Shown: in pieces, positions 1-10,119 of the stretch
Numbering within the stretch: the first letter of the stretch is position 1
Layout of the letters: every line of letters starts with the position of its first letter
Source: Lama guanicoe
Taxonomy: Eukaryota
Direction: 5' to 3'
DNA length: 25,690 bases
Assembly (NCBI GenBank): GCA_013239625.1
Contig: MU054187.1
Coordinates: 11,917,893 to 11,943,582, forward strand
Notes under the pieces: model-generated
The model's database searches: none
What the model was told of the DNA's origin: nothing
What the model saw: only the letters and a program-made list of their open reading frames with translations
Program-made: the position numbers and the translations under genes

Positions 1-1065
1 TTGTGGGGACCACATTCCATAGGGGGAAGGGTGGTGTCCTGCAGGCAGGATGGAAACCCAGGGCATCCACCCTGAGCCTAGGAAGTGGTCAGTAGGTGAA
101 AGTGCAAGGTCACTTCTGTTCTGCCATGGTGTTGGTCCAGGAGCGGTCCTTGCTGGGGTTGGCCATACAAACGTCTATAAATGGGTGAGAGTGGAGGTTG
201 GGGGGAGGACGGCGCCTTCTCCCTTGCTGGATGGGGACCAGTGTTCGTGTCTGGGATGTATCTTTGTGTGGGTGGGGAAGGGGCACCTGTCAGAAGGCAT
301 CATTGCTGCCCCCACCTGCTCCCTTCATGGCTGCCAATGCCCAGGATGATGTCTGCCACGTGCAGGCACTTGCCTCCCTAAGGACTCGGAGCTGAATGTC
401 CCCTAAGCATAGGGTGGACTGTGGTCGAATGTGACAGCAGTGTGGCCAGGAGGGATGTTCCCAGGAGAGGAGGTGCTGGCCCTATGCGGCCTGCAGCTCA
501 GCCTCTCCCGACACATAACCTTTGCCATCGCACTCCCGGGGCCTGTCCTGCCACTTGCAGGTCACCCCTCTGCAAGGACCTGCTCTGTGGCCCTCTGCCC
601 AGTGTCCGTCAGCCCCAGCTCTTACAAGGTTTGGAAATGTGTGTTACTAACTTACTTGTCCTTGTCCCAGTGGCCTTTGTGAAGGATCCTGGGCACCGTT
701 TGTTTGGTGGGTGGGCTAGCGGCAGGTGAGGAGGGCAGACCAGGCTCAGGGTGCTGTGGTGGTGTGAGAGGTTACGGGGCTGGAAGTTGGGACTGTGATA
801 TCAAGCAGGTAGGGCAGGGGGTCAGTGGAGAGCGAGGGCAGCAGATCTGGAAGGAGTCTGCATGTCCTCTGCTCCCGTTTCCACTGAACTCACCCCCTGT
901 CCACGTTGCTGACCCTCCACCTCTTCGGGGGCCAATCCTGCCTGATGAGGGGGCACCTTCCTGGGGGCACCTAGTCCCCCGCCCCACCTTCCTCTGGGGT
1001 CTCCTGGGTTGGGCGCCATAAGCCTGGGGATCCCCAGAACCTCACCGCTTAGGCTGTTTAGGGAA

Positions 1066-1290
1066 TGTCAACTAAAATAAAGTCACACAACGTGAGAGTT
1101 GTTGGCTAAGTTTTATTGAGGACTATAGCCCAGGAGACAGCATCCCAGAGAGCTGTGAGAAGCTGTTCTGAGGAGGCAGGGGAGAGCTCAGTGTTATATG
1201 TGGTTTCCGTGAAGTGGGGGTTGTGTGCACGGTCAAGCACACACCTAGGCAGAGGCTAGCAGCTGGTCAGGGGGAGCGGTTGTCAATAAT
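1066..1290 (-). mobile_element. ERV1 LTR fragment, MER41-like
   Basis: Begins TGTCAACTAAAATAAAGTCACACAACGTGAGAGTTG and continues TTTTATTGAGGACTATAGCCCAGGAGACAGC. This resembles artiodactyl MER41-like LTR ends, with a TG terminus and a reverse-strand AATAAA. Recognised from memory; right boundary approximate. Confidence 0.65.
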
Positions 1291-1311
1291 CCTAAAATTT
1301 AGATGTTGTTT

Positions 1312-1410
1312 TTATTCACATTTTAGAGATGAAGGAACTGAAACTGATCTAAAATAATTGGCCAGAGTTAACACAGCTGGTGAATAGTGGCCCAGGAGTT
1401 GACAGTCTGG
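1312..1410 (-). mobile_element. MIR SINE fragment
   Basis: CACATTTTAGAGATGAAGGAACTGAAAC...GGCCAGAGTTAACACAGCTGGTGAATAGTGGC resembles the reverse-complement MIR core (CCCATTTTACAGATGAGGAAACTGAGG...CCCAAGGTCACACAGCTAGTAAGTGGC). Confidence 0.7.
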
Positions 1411-1804
1411 AAAGGTGGTTTCATATCAAATCAAGTCCTTTTTTTCTCATTGATGCAGGTTCTTTTCAACTTGTTTCAAAGGCACTGGAAACCTATGGTA
1501 CCTCAGATACCATTAAGCAGGAAAAAAGGGGGTGGGGAATAAACAAGGCAGTGCTCTGGGCCTCTCACTGTAGTTTCAGCCTGAGCACATCTGATATGTA
1601 TGAGTCCCATTTAAAGTTTTGTTTGGAAAACTTTCCAAACACTGTATTATAAGCTGATGACTCCTAATCCTGTACTAGCAACTTCCTGAAGTCAGACCTG
1701 CCTTACTCTTTCTTTGGTCTCAGGACAGTATGAAAGCTCCCCTGACCTGGAACAAGTGGAGATCATTGCTCTTGGGATGTGATTTGGGCTCCAGAACTGC
1801 ACTG

Positions 1805-1830
1805 TTTTAAGCGTCTCTTTTAAGCGTCTC
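1805..1830. repeat. Perfect 13-bp tandem duplication (TTTTAAGCGTCTC x2)
   Basis: Copies at 1805-1817 and 1818-1830, read directly. Confidence 0.9.
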
Positions 1831-1891
1831 CCATGAGCCCTGGCAACCTTGCTGTCTCTCTCATCAAAGCCAGTTACATGATTCTCACAAC

Positions 1892-2045
1892 CTGCAGCCT
1901 TCTCACTGATATTAGTGATGTCACCTTCATCAGGAATGACCGCACGCCCTCCCCAGAGGGAAGGGATGTCTTCTCCCCAGAGGGAAGGGATGTCTTCTCC
2001 CCAGAGCTGGAGGCCGTTTTCGAGGAGAAACTGTACCAGAGAAAC
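1892..2045 (-). pseudogene. ARHGAP20-like exon (end of RhoGAP domain)
   Basis: Acceptor TTTCAG|GTT at 2046/2045. Translates VSLVQFLLENGLQLWGEDIPSLWGEDIPSLWG...SEKAA, versus recalled ARHGAP20 VSLLIQFLIENCLRIFGEEITSLF. The donor GTTGTG at 1891 is weak, so the 3' boundary is tentative. Confidence 0.8.
1949..2006. repeat. 24-bp tandem repeat, 2.4 copies (CTCCCCAGAGGGAAGGGATGTCTT)
   Basis: Copies at 1949-1972 and 1973-1996, partial copy at 1997-2006. In-frame duplication of LWGEDIPS within the ARHGAP20-like exon. Confidence 0.92.
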
Positions 2046-2417
2046 CTGAAACACATAAGGGCAAAGCGGGGTCTTCTTTTCCATATGGCATAGTTAGAAA
2101 TCATTTCATATGTAACTCTTGGATCTAAAAACTAAGAGAATACTGAGAAAAATTCAGAGTTGATTAAAAAATGAGTCTACAAATCAGTTTTCTCTAAGAA
2201 ATAGTGATACTTTCAAGAGTACTTTGGGTACACATTTTAAAATTCTTTTAATCAGTGAGTTAAAATTAGAATTTGTGGCCTCATTCAATAGCTAACATTT
2301 TTGTAACGATGGTTACATGTTTAAAACTAGGACAGTTTTCAAGTGACCCACGAAGGATGCTTGAGGTGCATCTGTATATTGTCTTACTAAATTTCATTTC
2401 TTTTTGTTTCATTTTCT

Positions 2418-2452
2418 CCAGTTTTATTGAGATAAATTGACATATAACATCT
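2418..2452 (-). mobile_element. Very short L1 3'-end fragment
   Basis: CAGTTTTATTGAGATAAATTGACATATAACAT, preceded by a T-rich tract, resembles the extreme 3' end of a mammalian L1 on the minus strand. Confidence 0.45.
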
Positions 2453-3225
2453 TACGAAAATTCATAAAGCATCCAATAGACAAAAACTTCAGAAACTTAC
2501 TTCTTAAGTGGGGAAATATGTGAAAGTTCAGAAGCAGAGATATCTGTGATTTTTCTTGTGAAGGAAGGAAGCAGCTGGAGAGGAGACGTGTCTGACTGCA
2601 CTGCCTCATCTCATGCTGGCTGTCGGGTTGAGCTTGGGCCTTATCTCTGATTTGATTAGGCCTGTGGCTGTGTTCGGATCTTCTGGAATCTTTTACTAGC
2701 CCCCTCAGCCTGCAGTGGGGGTGACATAGGAGCTGAGTGTCCTTGTGAGGGACCACAGCTGGCAGAGGAAGGCCAGTGTGTGTGGAGCCATGGGTGCTCA
2801 TCTTGCCCGAGCCACCGAGATGTGCCAGCAATGAGAGGAGGAGCTGGGTGGTGTTGTCATTATGTGATGATGAAACCATGGGACCTTTGCCTTAGTTCAC
2901 ACTCCCTCAGTGATCAGGCTGAGAGTTGAACCTCGGCTGTCAGACCCAAAAGCTCAAGTTCTGTTCTGTCCCATCATCCTACTCTTACCTTTCTGTGGTT
3001 CAGTCTCCTGGGTGGGAAAGGAGAACTGCCTCCACTGCTCTCAGTTTCCCACTTAACAACCCACCACCTCCCCTCACCCCACCAGATCAGCGACTCTGTC
3101 CCTCCAGGGGAGCATATTTAAAATGTGCACTTTAAAAACCTGGTCCATCATGGTTAGTACCTCAGGTTTCAGGTTCAAAGCAGGGACCGTACCCCACAAG
3201 GCATGAAAATGAGAGGTCTCATTAC

Positions 3226-3417
3226 CTTTTTTTTGTGAAGTCCTCTTCTGATTGTGAGCTGGTGGCATTAGGTGGACCAAGAAGGCTTGGAGCTATACAC
3301 GGTGATAAGTTATACGCCGTCATCTGATTGAATGAGGACTGTTGCTCAATGTTGTGGAGCACTCAAAAAAGGTGTTTCAGTAGGTTAACACTGGCTCTTG
3401 GCAGCTGGTCCAAAAGC
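3226..3417 (-). pseudogene. ARHGAP20-like exon with premature stop
   Basis: Boundaries TGTAG|G and AAAG|GTAAT. Translates LLDQLPRASVNLLKHLF*VLHNIEQQSSFNQMTAYNLSPCIAPSLLGPPNATSSQSEEDFTKK, versus recalled LLDQLPRANVVLLRYLFGVLHNIEQHSSSNQMTAFNLAVCVAPSILWPPASSSPELENEFTKK. TGA at 3365-3363. Length 192 nt versus 190 expected, from an expanded A-run. Confidence 0.9.
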
Positions 3418-3926
3418 CTACAGACAGAAAAATGCACTTTTAATCAAAGCATGTCATTTTGCTTAGGAAGTGGAAATACAGAGACAGAGAACAGAGTATG
3501 TGATTGTAAACCAATCACACAGTCCTCTCTCGCAGAGTTCTAAGCATGAATGCATACAGAAATGTTTCATTGATTTCAATTTCTGGGCGAGATACTAACT
3601 TCTGTGGTTGATTAAATGTTTGAAAAATTAAGATCATAACACTGGCAGATTGGTTCTCTGGCATCTCTGTTTTGACCAGTGGATTTTATCTGCAGCAGTT
3701 CTGTGTCTTCAGCAGGTGTTAACTGGTCTGGAGTCCATATTAATAAGATTAGGATAAAAACAAGAATTGAGTAGCAGCAGGAGTGCATGCATCTGTTTTT
3801 CAACTGGCTTCTGTTGGTAGCAAATGAAACCCTTTGACACTGGTCATTACTTTATGAGACAAACTGTGAACTATGAGTTGACATTTGAGGATGTTGGTTG
3901 TATTTTCGGGGTGTGACTGTCGTTAC

Positions 3927-4037
3927 CTCTGGGTTGCAGTTATTTTTTTCCTCCGCATTCCCTTCATCCAGGACACTGAGCCATTTGTCGTGGAGACTGG
4001 CTATAAAAATACTTCCTTCGATATCCTGAAGAAACTC
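3927..4037 (-). pseudogene. ARHGAP20-like exon with +1 frameshift
   Basis: Boundaries AAG|GAG and CAGAG|GTAACG. Translates EFLQDIEGSIFIASLHDKWLSVLDEGNAEEK/ITATQR, versus recalled DFLRNIPGSIFSSDLYDHWVSVMDQGNDEEKINTVQR. One extra A in an A7 run. Confidence 0.88.
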
Positions 4038-4916
4038 CTTCCGTAGATTAAAAAAAAGATACATATTATTATGATAAATATGTATTGGAGAAATAACAGA
4101 AAAACATTAAGTTGAAAAATTCCATTCAGGCCTGACTTCTCTCAACAACTGCCAGTCTGTAACCCGGGCAGAGCTAGGCTTTGACTCTACAGACTCGCAC
4201 ACCCAGAAGGAGGGACTTGGCCTCTCTCCATCTAAAACTAGAAGCATCACAGTAGAGTCTGGATGGCAGTGAGAGTGATGAGAAAGCCCCCACCACCAGC
4301 TGGGCCTTGCTCTCTACGTCTGTGTTAGCACTAGTCCCGGCTGACAGGGTCTGGTGCTCACCCATCCCGAATCCTGCGAGTGTCTGAGAAGCAACGTGCA
4401 CACCCATGTTACTTGTTTACTTCAGACAGGGCTTGCTCTTAATTCAAGGAAGACAGGTTCTCACACTCTTGCACACATATCACGAGAGAACTGGGCTTTC
4501 TGACGTGAGGTATGGATGCTTCATGGGGAAAGACTACTCATGATAGCTTCAGTCTTCTTTTTGAAACTGTATAAAAAGTTCAGTTTGCAGCTTTTTAGGC
4601 AGCAGGTGCTAAAAACATGTAAAAATCCCCAATGGTTATCTACATGTTACCCCTTATAGCTCCTTGAATGGAACATATCCTTCCAAATAGGACACTTAAA
4701 ATTTAGATGTTTTGGAACTTCAGGCCTCTGAGTGTCAGGGCTAGAGGTACACAAATGTAAGCTTCCTAAGTGGGGGCCTGTAAAATGTGTCACTTTAGAG
4801 GGCTGATGAATAATTGTTTTTAAATTAATAGTCAGAGACAATAGGTCAGTTTCTGGCGTACAAGCCTTTATATCACAGAAATGGACCTATTAAAATTTAT
4901 GAAGTAGTAATATTTT

Positions 4917-5044
4917 TCCCCTAGTGGGTAAGGTGGTAATTGCATTTATTTTTGTATTTATTGATGGAGATTCTGAAGAATGAACCCAGGACCTCGTGCA
5001 TGCTAAGCACTCACTCTACCACTGAGTTATACCCTCCCCACCCC
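4917..5044 (-). mobile_element. tRNA-Ala-derived SINE (camelid Vic-1-like) with target-site duplication
   Basis: Minus strand reads GGGAGGGTATAACTCAGTGGTAGAGTGAGTGCTTAGCATGCACGAGGTCCTGGGTTCATTC, with A/B boxes, a tRNA-Ala(AGC)-like head and an A-rich tail. Flanked by TGAAGTAGTAATATTTT (4900-4916) and TGAAGTTGTAATGTTTT (5045-5061), 15/17 identical. Confidence 0.88.
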
Positions 5045-5089
5045 TGAAGTTGTAATGTTTTGTGCCAGACTGGGGACAGTTTTGTATCA

Positions 5090-5900
5090 CCTTGCACCAG
5101 CCCTGCCTACCACGCCCCGGAGTAGCCTCAGGCACTGGGCTATGTGTCCGCAAACTGCTTGGGATCTCTGTCTGGTGGCTGTGACTATCGTGACCTGAGC
5201 GCAGACTGCCCCACCCCCGGTGGGGTGAGGAGTGAGCAGGTCAGCTCGGGTCATGGGTGCACTCAGAGTGAGGGGGGCTCCCGTGGTGAAAGGGGCCAGG
5301 TTGAGGAGTGAGGAGCCACCCAGAGTGGAAGTCACCTGGCTGAAGTCTGAGGGTTCCGTGCCGGGGTGAGGGGCCCTCGGAGTAGGGGGACCCGGTTGAG
5401 GGGTGGGGGGTAATCTTGGGGTGAGGGATGAGGGGACCATCCCAGGATGGTGGGCGGACCCGGGGTGAAGCATGAGGGGTCAGCTTGTTTGCAGGGGCTG
5501 TAAGTTAGGTCCTAGTGGGTCAGAGTGTGGGGGTGGGGACCTCAATATGAGGAGAAGGAGCCTTGTGTTGGGGATCGGGTCAGGGATGAGGCCTGGCAGG
5601 GGGTGCGGGGGCCGTGACAGGGGTGGACGGGTTGTGTGGCGTCCAGCAGGGGGAATGGAACTGTGGGGTGTGGCCTGGCCCGGGGCCAGTGGTGGTTCTA
5701 ATTGGGTGCTAGGACCCTGTCGGTGTCTGGGTAGGGGGGCATTGGGGGTGGGAACTCGGCTGGCCAGTCCTGGGCCACGGGGTGGACCAGCCCCACCACC
5801 CCATGGCCCAGCCTCGCATGGCCGGGCTCAGCCCCGCTCTGCCCCACTGGCCGTATCCCGTAGTGCAGGAGCCCCAGCCCAAGCGTCCCCGCTACCGGTG
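5090..5900 (+). promoter_or_regulatory. GC-rich, G-skewed, partly decayed CpG-island-like block (possible duplicated promoter/first exon)
   Basis: Abrupt GC and CpG rise against AT-rich flanks. Long G-rich stretch at about 5220-5785 after a candidate donor (GGG|GTGAGG near 5225). Parent gene not recognised. Confidence 0.4.
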
Positions 5901-6668
5901 TCAGTTGTTGAAATCTGTTGGTCATGTTACTTAATAGTACATTTCTCAAGGCTTTTGGTGCATACCTCGAAATATTCTTTTGACTTTAAAATATACGTGC
6001 TGATGGGTAAAAGAAAGCAAGTATGGATGACTTCTTTTGGCGGAAGATTAGTGGTCTAGAAAAATCATGTTTTTTGGCTAAACTGGAGTTTGGGGTTACA
6101 TGGATTTAATTTGCATGTCTTTCTAAGTTACTATTGGGGCAGTTAATTGAGAACTGAGTGTATCTTTGATTTCTCCCTATGTTTGCCTTTTCTTTGAATC
6201 ACAGAAGACATTCAGTGTCTTTTTGTTGAATGAGAAGAAAGCAGTGATTGAAACCAGCTAACCTAGCTGCCTGGGTTAGATGGGTGTCCTTGGTGTTATC
6301 AGTTCTCATTTAGAGGTAGAGATGATAGAATCCTCTTGTCTGTCTCTCCTGACCTGTGCTGGAAAACTGAAGCTGCTTTTTCAGTTTCTCGCTCTTGCCC
6401 CTTGTCCTTTTGTGGCCAACCCAGTGCTACTGCTTTTACTCCCTTGTTTTTATTGGCACCAGCTTAGCTTCCATAGAGACCAAGGCCCTAGTTGGCTAAG
6501 TTTGGCTAAGTGTGGATTTGGAGAGTTTTCACCTGCTTTTGTTTGTAGATAATTCAAAGTTTAAGGAAGTCAGTATTTCTCCTACTACAGAGCAGAAGTT
6601 CAGGGGAAGTGATAGCTCGACATGTGTAAGTAGACATATGAAATATGTGTTGGCTTTTCTTTTCTCAG

Positions 6669-6807
6669 TGGTGAGAGGACTGCCAGAGATGTCCAAGTGT
6701 ACAATCCGACGCCGAACAGCTGGGACGTTGGCTGGACCCCGTCCCTGGCCAGTGCAGCAGCACCGCGTGTCTGTGCTCCCCTGGCTGGCACGAGGCCCCT
6801 GGAACCT
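6669..6807 (+). pseudogene. COL12A1-derived exon A (FN3 N-half)
   Basis: Boundaries TTTCTCAG|TG and CCT|GTAAGT. Reads VRGL/RDVQVYNPTPNSWDVGW/PVP/PVQQHR/VCAPLAGTRPLEP with four 1-nt deletions (139 nt versus 143 expected). Confidence 0.9.
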
Positions 6808-7873
6808 GTAAGTACTGTTGTCAGCTTAGAGCTGGCAGAAGAATTTTGTAGATTTTACGGCGCCTTCTGTAGTTGCTGGCGCAGGGCAGTAGATGAGTTG
6901 GTGTGGCCCTGGGTCACATGCACACTCATTTTCTGATGAACTTAATCTCATGTTTGTGTTGTGCTTGGCAGCCTGTGAGAATGCAGGCCACAGACATGCC
7001 TGCGTACAGTGCTTAAGTGATTGCTTTTGAGGAATTAAATTGTAAGGGTATCAACTGTAGGGTTAGTAAACAAAAAATGCATTTGGGGAAAATGCAAATG
7101 CTGTATGAGTTATAGCACTTAGCTATATGAGTTAAAAAAAAAACCCAGTAGTAAATGCAAATCATTCATAGGACTTGTCAGTATGGGCTTTTATTATAAC
7201 ACACACATCTTTGTTAGGAACCTACCTGAAAGTTTGCCTTCACTGGCTCTTAACAGATTGTCAATCTACCTTGGTACTATTCCATTTTCTAAGTAGATTA
7301 ATAACACAGAGAGCAGAAATTACTAATTTGAGTAGGGAGAGCATCAGAACACCTGAGGGAAAGTAAATTTACGAGACTTTACAGAAAGAAGCAGGGACCA
7401 TGAACAAAGATAAACACAAGTTGAGCCTGTCCGAATGTTGATTTGCATCCTGTGTGGCAGGACGTGTTCAGACATTGCCTTTATCCATCGCATGGAGCAG
7501 CTATTTTAATAGAAAAACCTCTCCCCAAGAAGTGTATCTTACGTGTGCATGCCTCTAACATTCGAGATGTGTTGGGGTCACTGTAATAAGCCATGGATGT
7601 TGTATGTGAGAACCTTCCCCAGGAACCTAAATGGGAGGTTGCTGAAGTTGCTAAGGGTCAAGTGTGAGCTCACACTTAATGGAGAGGGAATTTATGAGGG
7701 TAAATTACATCTAATGCTGTGGCCTGGGCAGATCTCACGAGGTAGCATAGAGGTTGGCTTCTGCTGTGTGTGGACTCAGCCCTTTACTATAAATGTTACT
7801 ATGCTGACAAATAAAAGACTCAGTAAGCATTTGGGTTGTCGAAAGACAGAATTTGTCAGGTCCTCCCCTCCAG

Positions 7874-8003
7874 ATTGTGGTGCCAGGAAACACCAACATG
7901 GGGCACTTGGAGCAGCTGATTCCAGACACACCCTATTCCGGGAACATCATTGCTCTCCACTTGGATGGAGGAGTAATCCCAGCCCCGCCCAGGGCACCAA
8001 CAC
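7874..8003 (+). pseudogene. COL12A1-derived exon B (FN3 C-half)
   Basis: Acceptor CCCCTCCAG|ATT. Reads IVVPGNTNMGHLEQLIPDTPYSGNIIALHLDG/SNPSPAQG. The expected donor appears mutated to AT at 8004-8005. Confidence 0.9.
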
Positions 8004-8435
8004 ATGGGGCTGAAATCCTTTCCACTTAGTTCCCTTGTGATTCAGTGAGGAAGGCTGGACAGGTGGGTGGTGAGGGAGGGGTGCTGAGAGCTGTCTCCAC
8101 CTTGCGCAGGTGAGGGGAGGCTTGGCGCCTACTTCTGCCCGGGTTCCCCACGTTCTCATTCAGGCTAAAGGCCCTCTGGGCTGAGTGAGTGTCATTGGGC
8201 CATTTTCTCATCTGGGACCTTTGTTAAGGAGGTTCCTTCCCTTCTGCCCTGCAGTGGGTCTTCTCACCAACTGGGCACGTTTGAAATGTGAGGGCTTGGC
8301 CTCTCTGTTTCATTCAAGAGGAAGTGGTCAGAGTAGTTGAAATCCCTTTCTCTCCCAGTCTGTACATTTAGGTTCCAACCTAGTCTCTGTCCCTGAAAGA
8401 TCAGCACGTAACCATAGCTCTGAATGGAGCACTTT

Positions 8436-9907
8436 ATTTTTAAACATTTTTTATTCAGTTACAGTCAGTTTACAGTGTCAATTTCCAGTGTACAGCACGA
8501 TTTTTCTGTTATACATGAACATACATATATTTATTGTCACATTCTTTTTTGCTGTGAGCTACCACAAGATCTTGTATATATTTCTCTGTGCTATACAGTA
8601 TAATCTTGTTTATCTGTTATGCATATGCCTGTCAGTATTTACAAATTTCAAACTCCCAATCTGTCCCTTCCCACCCTCCTCCCCTTTGGCAACCACAAGT
8701 TTGTATTCTGTGTCTATGAGTCTGTTTCTGTTTTGTATGTATGTTCTTTTTTTTTTTTTTCCGGATTCCACATATGAGTGATCTCACATTGTATTTTTCT
8801 TTCTCTTTCTGGCTCAGTTCACTTAGGATGATGTTCTTGAGGAGCATCCACATTGCTGCAAATGGTGTTAATGTTGTCGTGTTTTATGGCTGGATAGTAT
8901 TCCATTGTAGAAATACACCTCATCTTCTTTATCCAGTCATCTGTCGATGGACATTTAGGCTGTTTCCATGTCTTGGCTGTTGTAAATAGTGCTGCTGTGA
9001 ATACTGGGGTGCAGGTGTCTTTTTGAAGTAGGGTTCCTTCTGTATATATGCCCAGGAGCGGGATTATTGGGTCATATGGTAAGTGTATTCCTAGTCTTTT
9101 GAGGAATTCCATACTGTATGTTCAGCACCTGCACCAACCTGCATTCCCTCCAGCGGTGTAGGAGAGTTCCCTTTTCTCCACAGCCTCTCCAGCATTTGTC
9201 ATTTGTGGACTTTTTGAATGATGGCCATTCTGGCTGATGTGAGGTGATAAACCTCATTGTAGTTTTGATTTGCACTTCTCTGATAGTGATAATGAGCATT
9301 TTTTCATGTACCTGTTGGTCATTTATATTTCTTCCTTGGAGAATTGCTTGTTTAGGTCTTTGCCCAATTTTGGATTGGGTTGTTTGTTTTTTTCTTATTG
9401 AGTCATATGAGCTGTTTATATATTCTGGAGATCAAGCCTTTGTCAGTTTCATCTTTTGCAAAAATTTTCTCCCTTTCTGTAGGTTGTCATTTTGTTTTGT
9501 TTATGGTTTCTTTTGCTGTGCAAAAGCTTCCAAGTTTAATTAGGCCCCATTTGTTTATTCTTGCTTTTATTTCTATTTCTTGCGTAGACTGCCCAAAAAG
9601 AATATTTCTGAGATGTATGTGAGATAATGTTTTGCCTATATTTTCTTCTAGGAGGTTTATTGTATCTTGTATATTTTAAGTCTTTGATCCATTTTGAGTT
9701 TATTTTTGTGTATGGCGTAAGGGAGTGTTCTAGCTTCATTGATTGACGTGCTTCTGTCCAGTTTTCCCAACACCATTTGCTGAAGAGACTATCTTTATTC
9801 CATTGTATATTCGTGCCTCCTTTGTCGAAGATCAGTTGACCAAAAGTTTGTGGGTTCATTTCTGGGCTCTCTATTCTGTTCCATTGGTCCATATGTCTGT
9901 TTTTGTA
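8436..9907 (-). mobile_element. 5'-truncated LINE-1 (3'UTR plus ORF2 C-terminus) with TSD
   Basis: ORF2 peptides [25 protein letters not shown] and LPYDPIIPLLGIY...TWKQPKCPSTDDWIKKM. Flanked by CTGAATGGAGCACTTT (8420-8435) and CTGAACGGAACACTTT (9908-9923), 14/16 identical. Lies in the intron between COL12A1 exons B and C. Confidence 0.93.
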
Positions 9908-10119
9908 CTGAACGGAACACTTTTTACTGTTTATGGGTCCACGTGAGAAAGGTAGGAGATGCAGATTTTATCACAAGTGGGGAAACACCCCAGAGAGTGG
10001 TGAAATCCCTGGGTACAGTTACTCTGACCTGGTTACAGTTCTTTTATACCCCTCCCTCCACCCCCATGCCCACCATGTGTGCAGACAGGCCACTAACTCT
10101 ATTGTTTTGATTTATTTAG

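Larger units (their letters stand above)
1892..4037 (-). pseudogene. ARHGAP20: ARHGAP20-like (RhoGAP domain) unprocessed pseudogene fragment, 3 exons
   Basis: Three consecutive exons with AG/GT boundaries are colinear with the C-terminal half of the ARHGAP20 RhoGAP domain. They contain an in-frame TGA and A-run frameshifts. It is a paralogous ARHGAP20-like copy, not the orthologue. Confidence 0.88.

Noticed and set aside
1692..2084. 130-aa ORF as an intact gene
   Set aside because: Only about 1892-2045 is ARHGAP20-like exon; the rest appears to be read-through into intron.
4420..4570. Possible exon with AG/GT signals on either strand, considered as the missing upstream ARHGAP20-like exon
   Set aside because: No frame resembles ARHGAP20 or any protein I recognise, and several frames have stops.
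4970..5040. Functional nuclear tRNA-Ala gene
   Set aside because: The acceptor and T arms are degenerate, and the A-rich tail and TSD indicate a SINE.
5472..6059. 195-aa Gly/Arg-rich ORF
   Set aside because: Explained by G-rich composition; no recognisable domain.
6697..6740. VQVYNPTPNSWDV as a Kelch-repeat motif
   Set aside because: The flanking sequence and the next two exons match COL12A1 FN3 domains.
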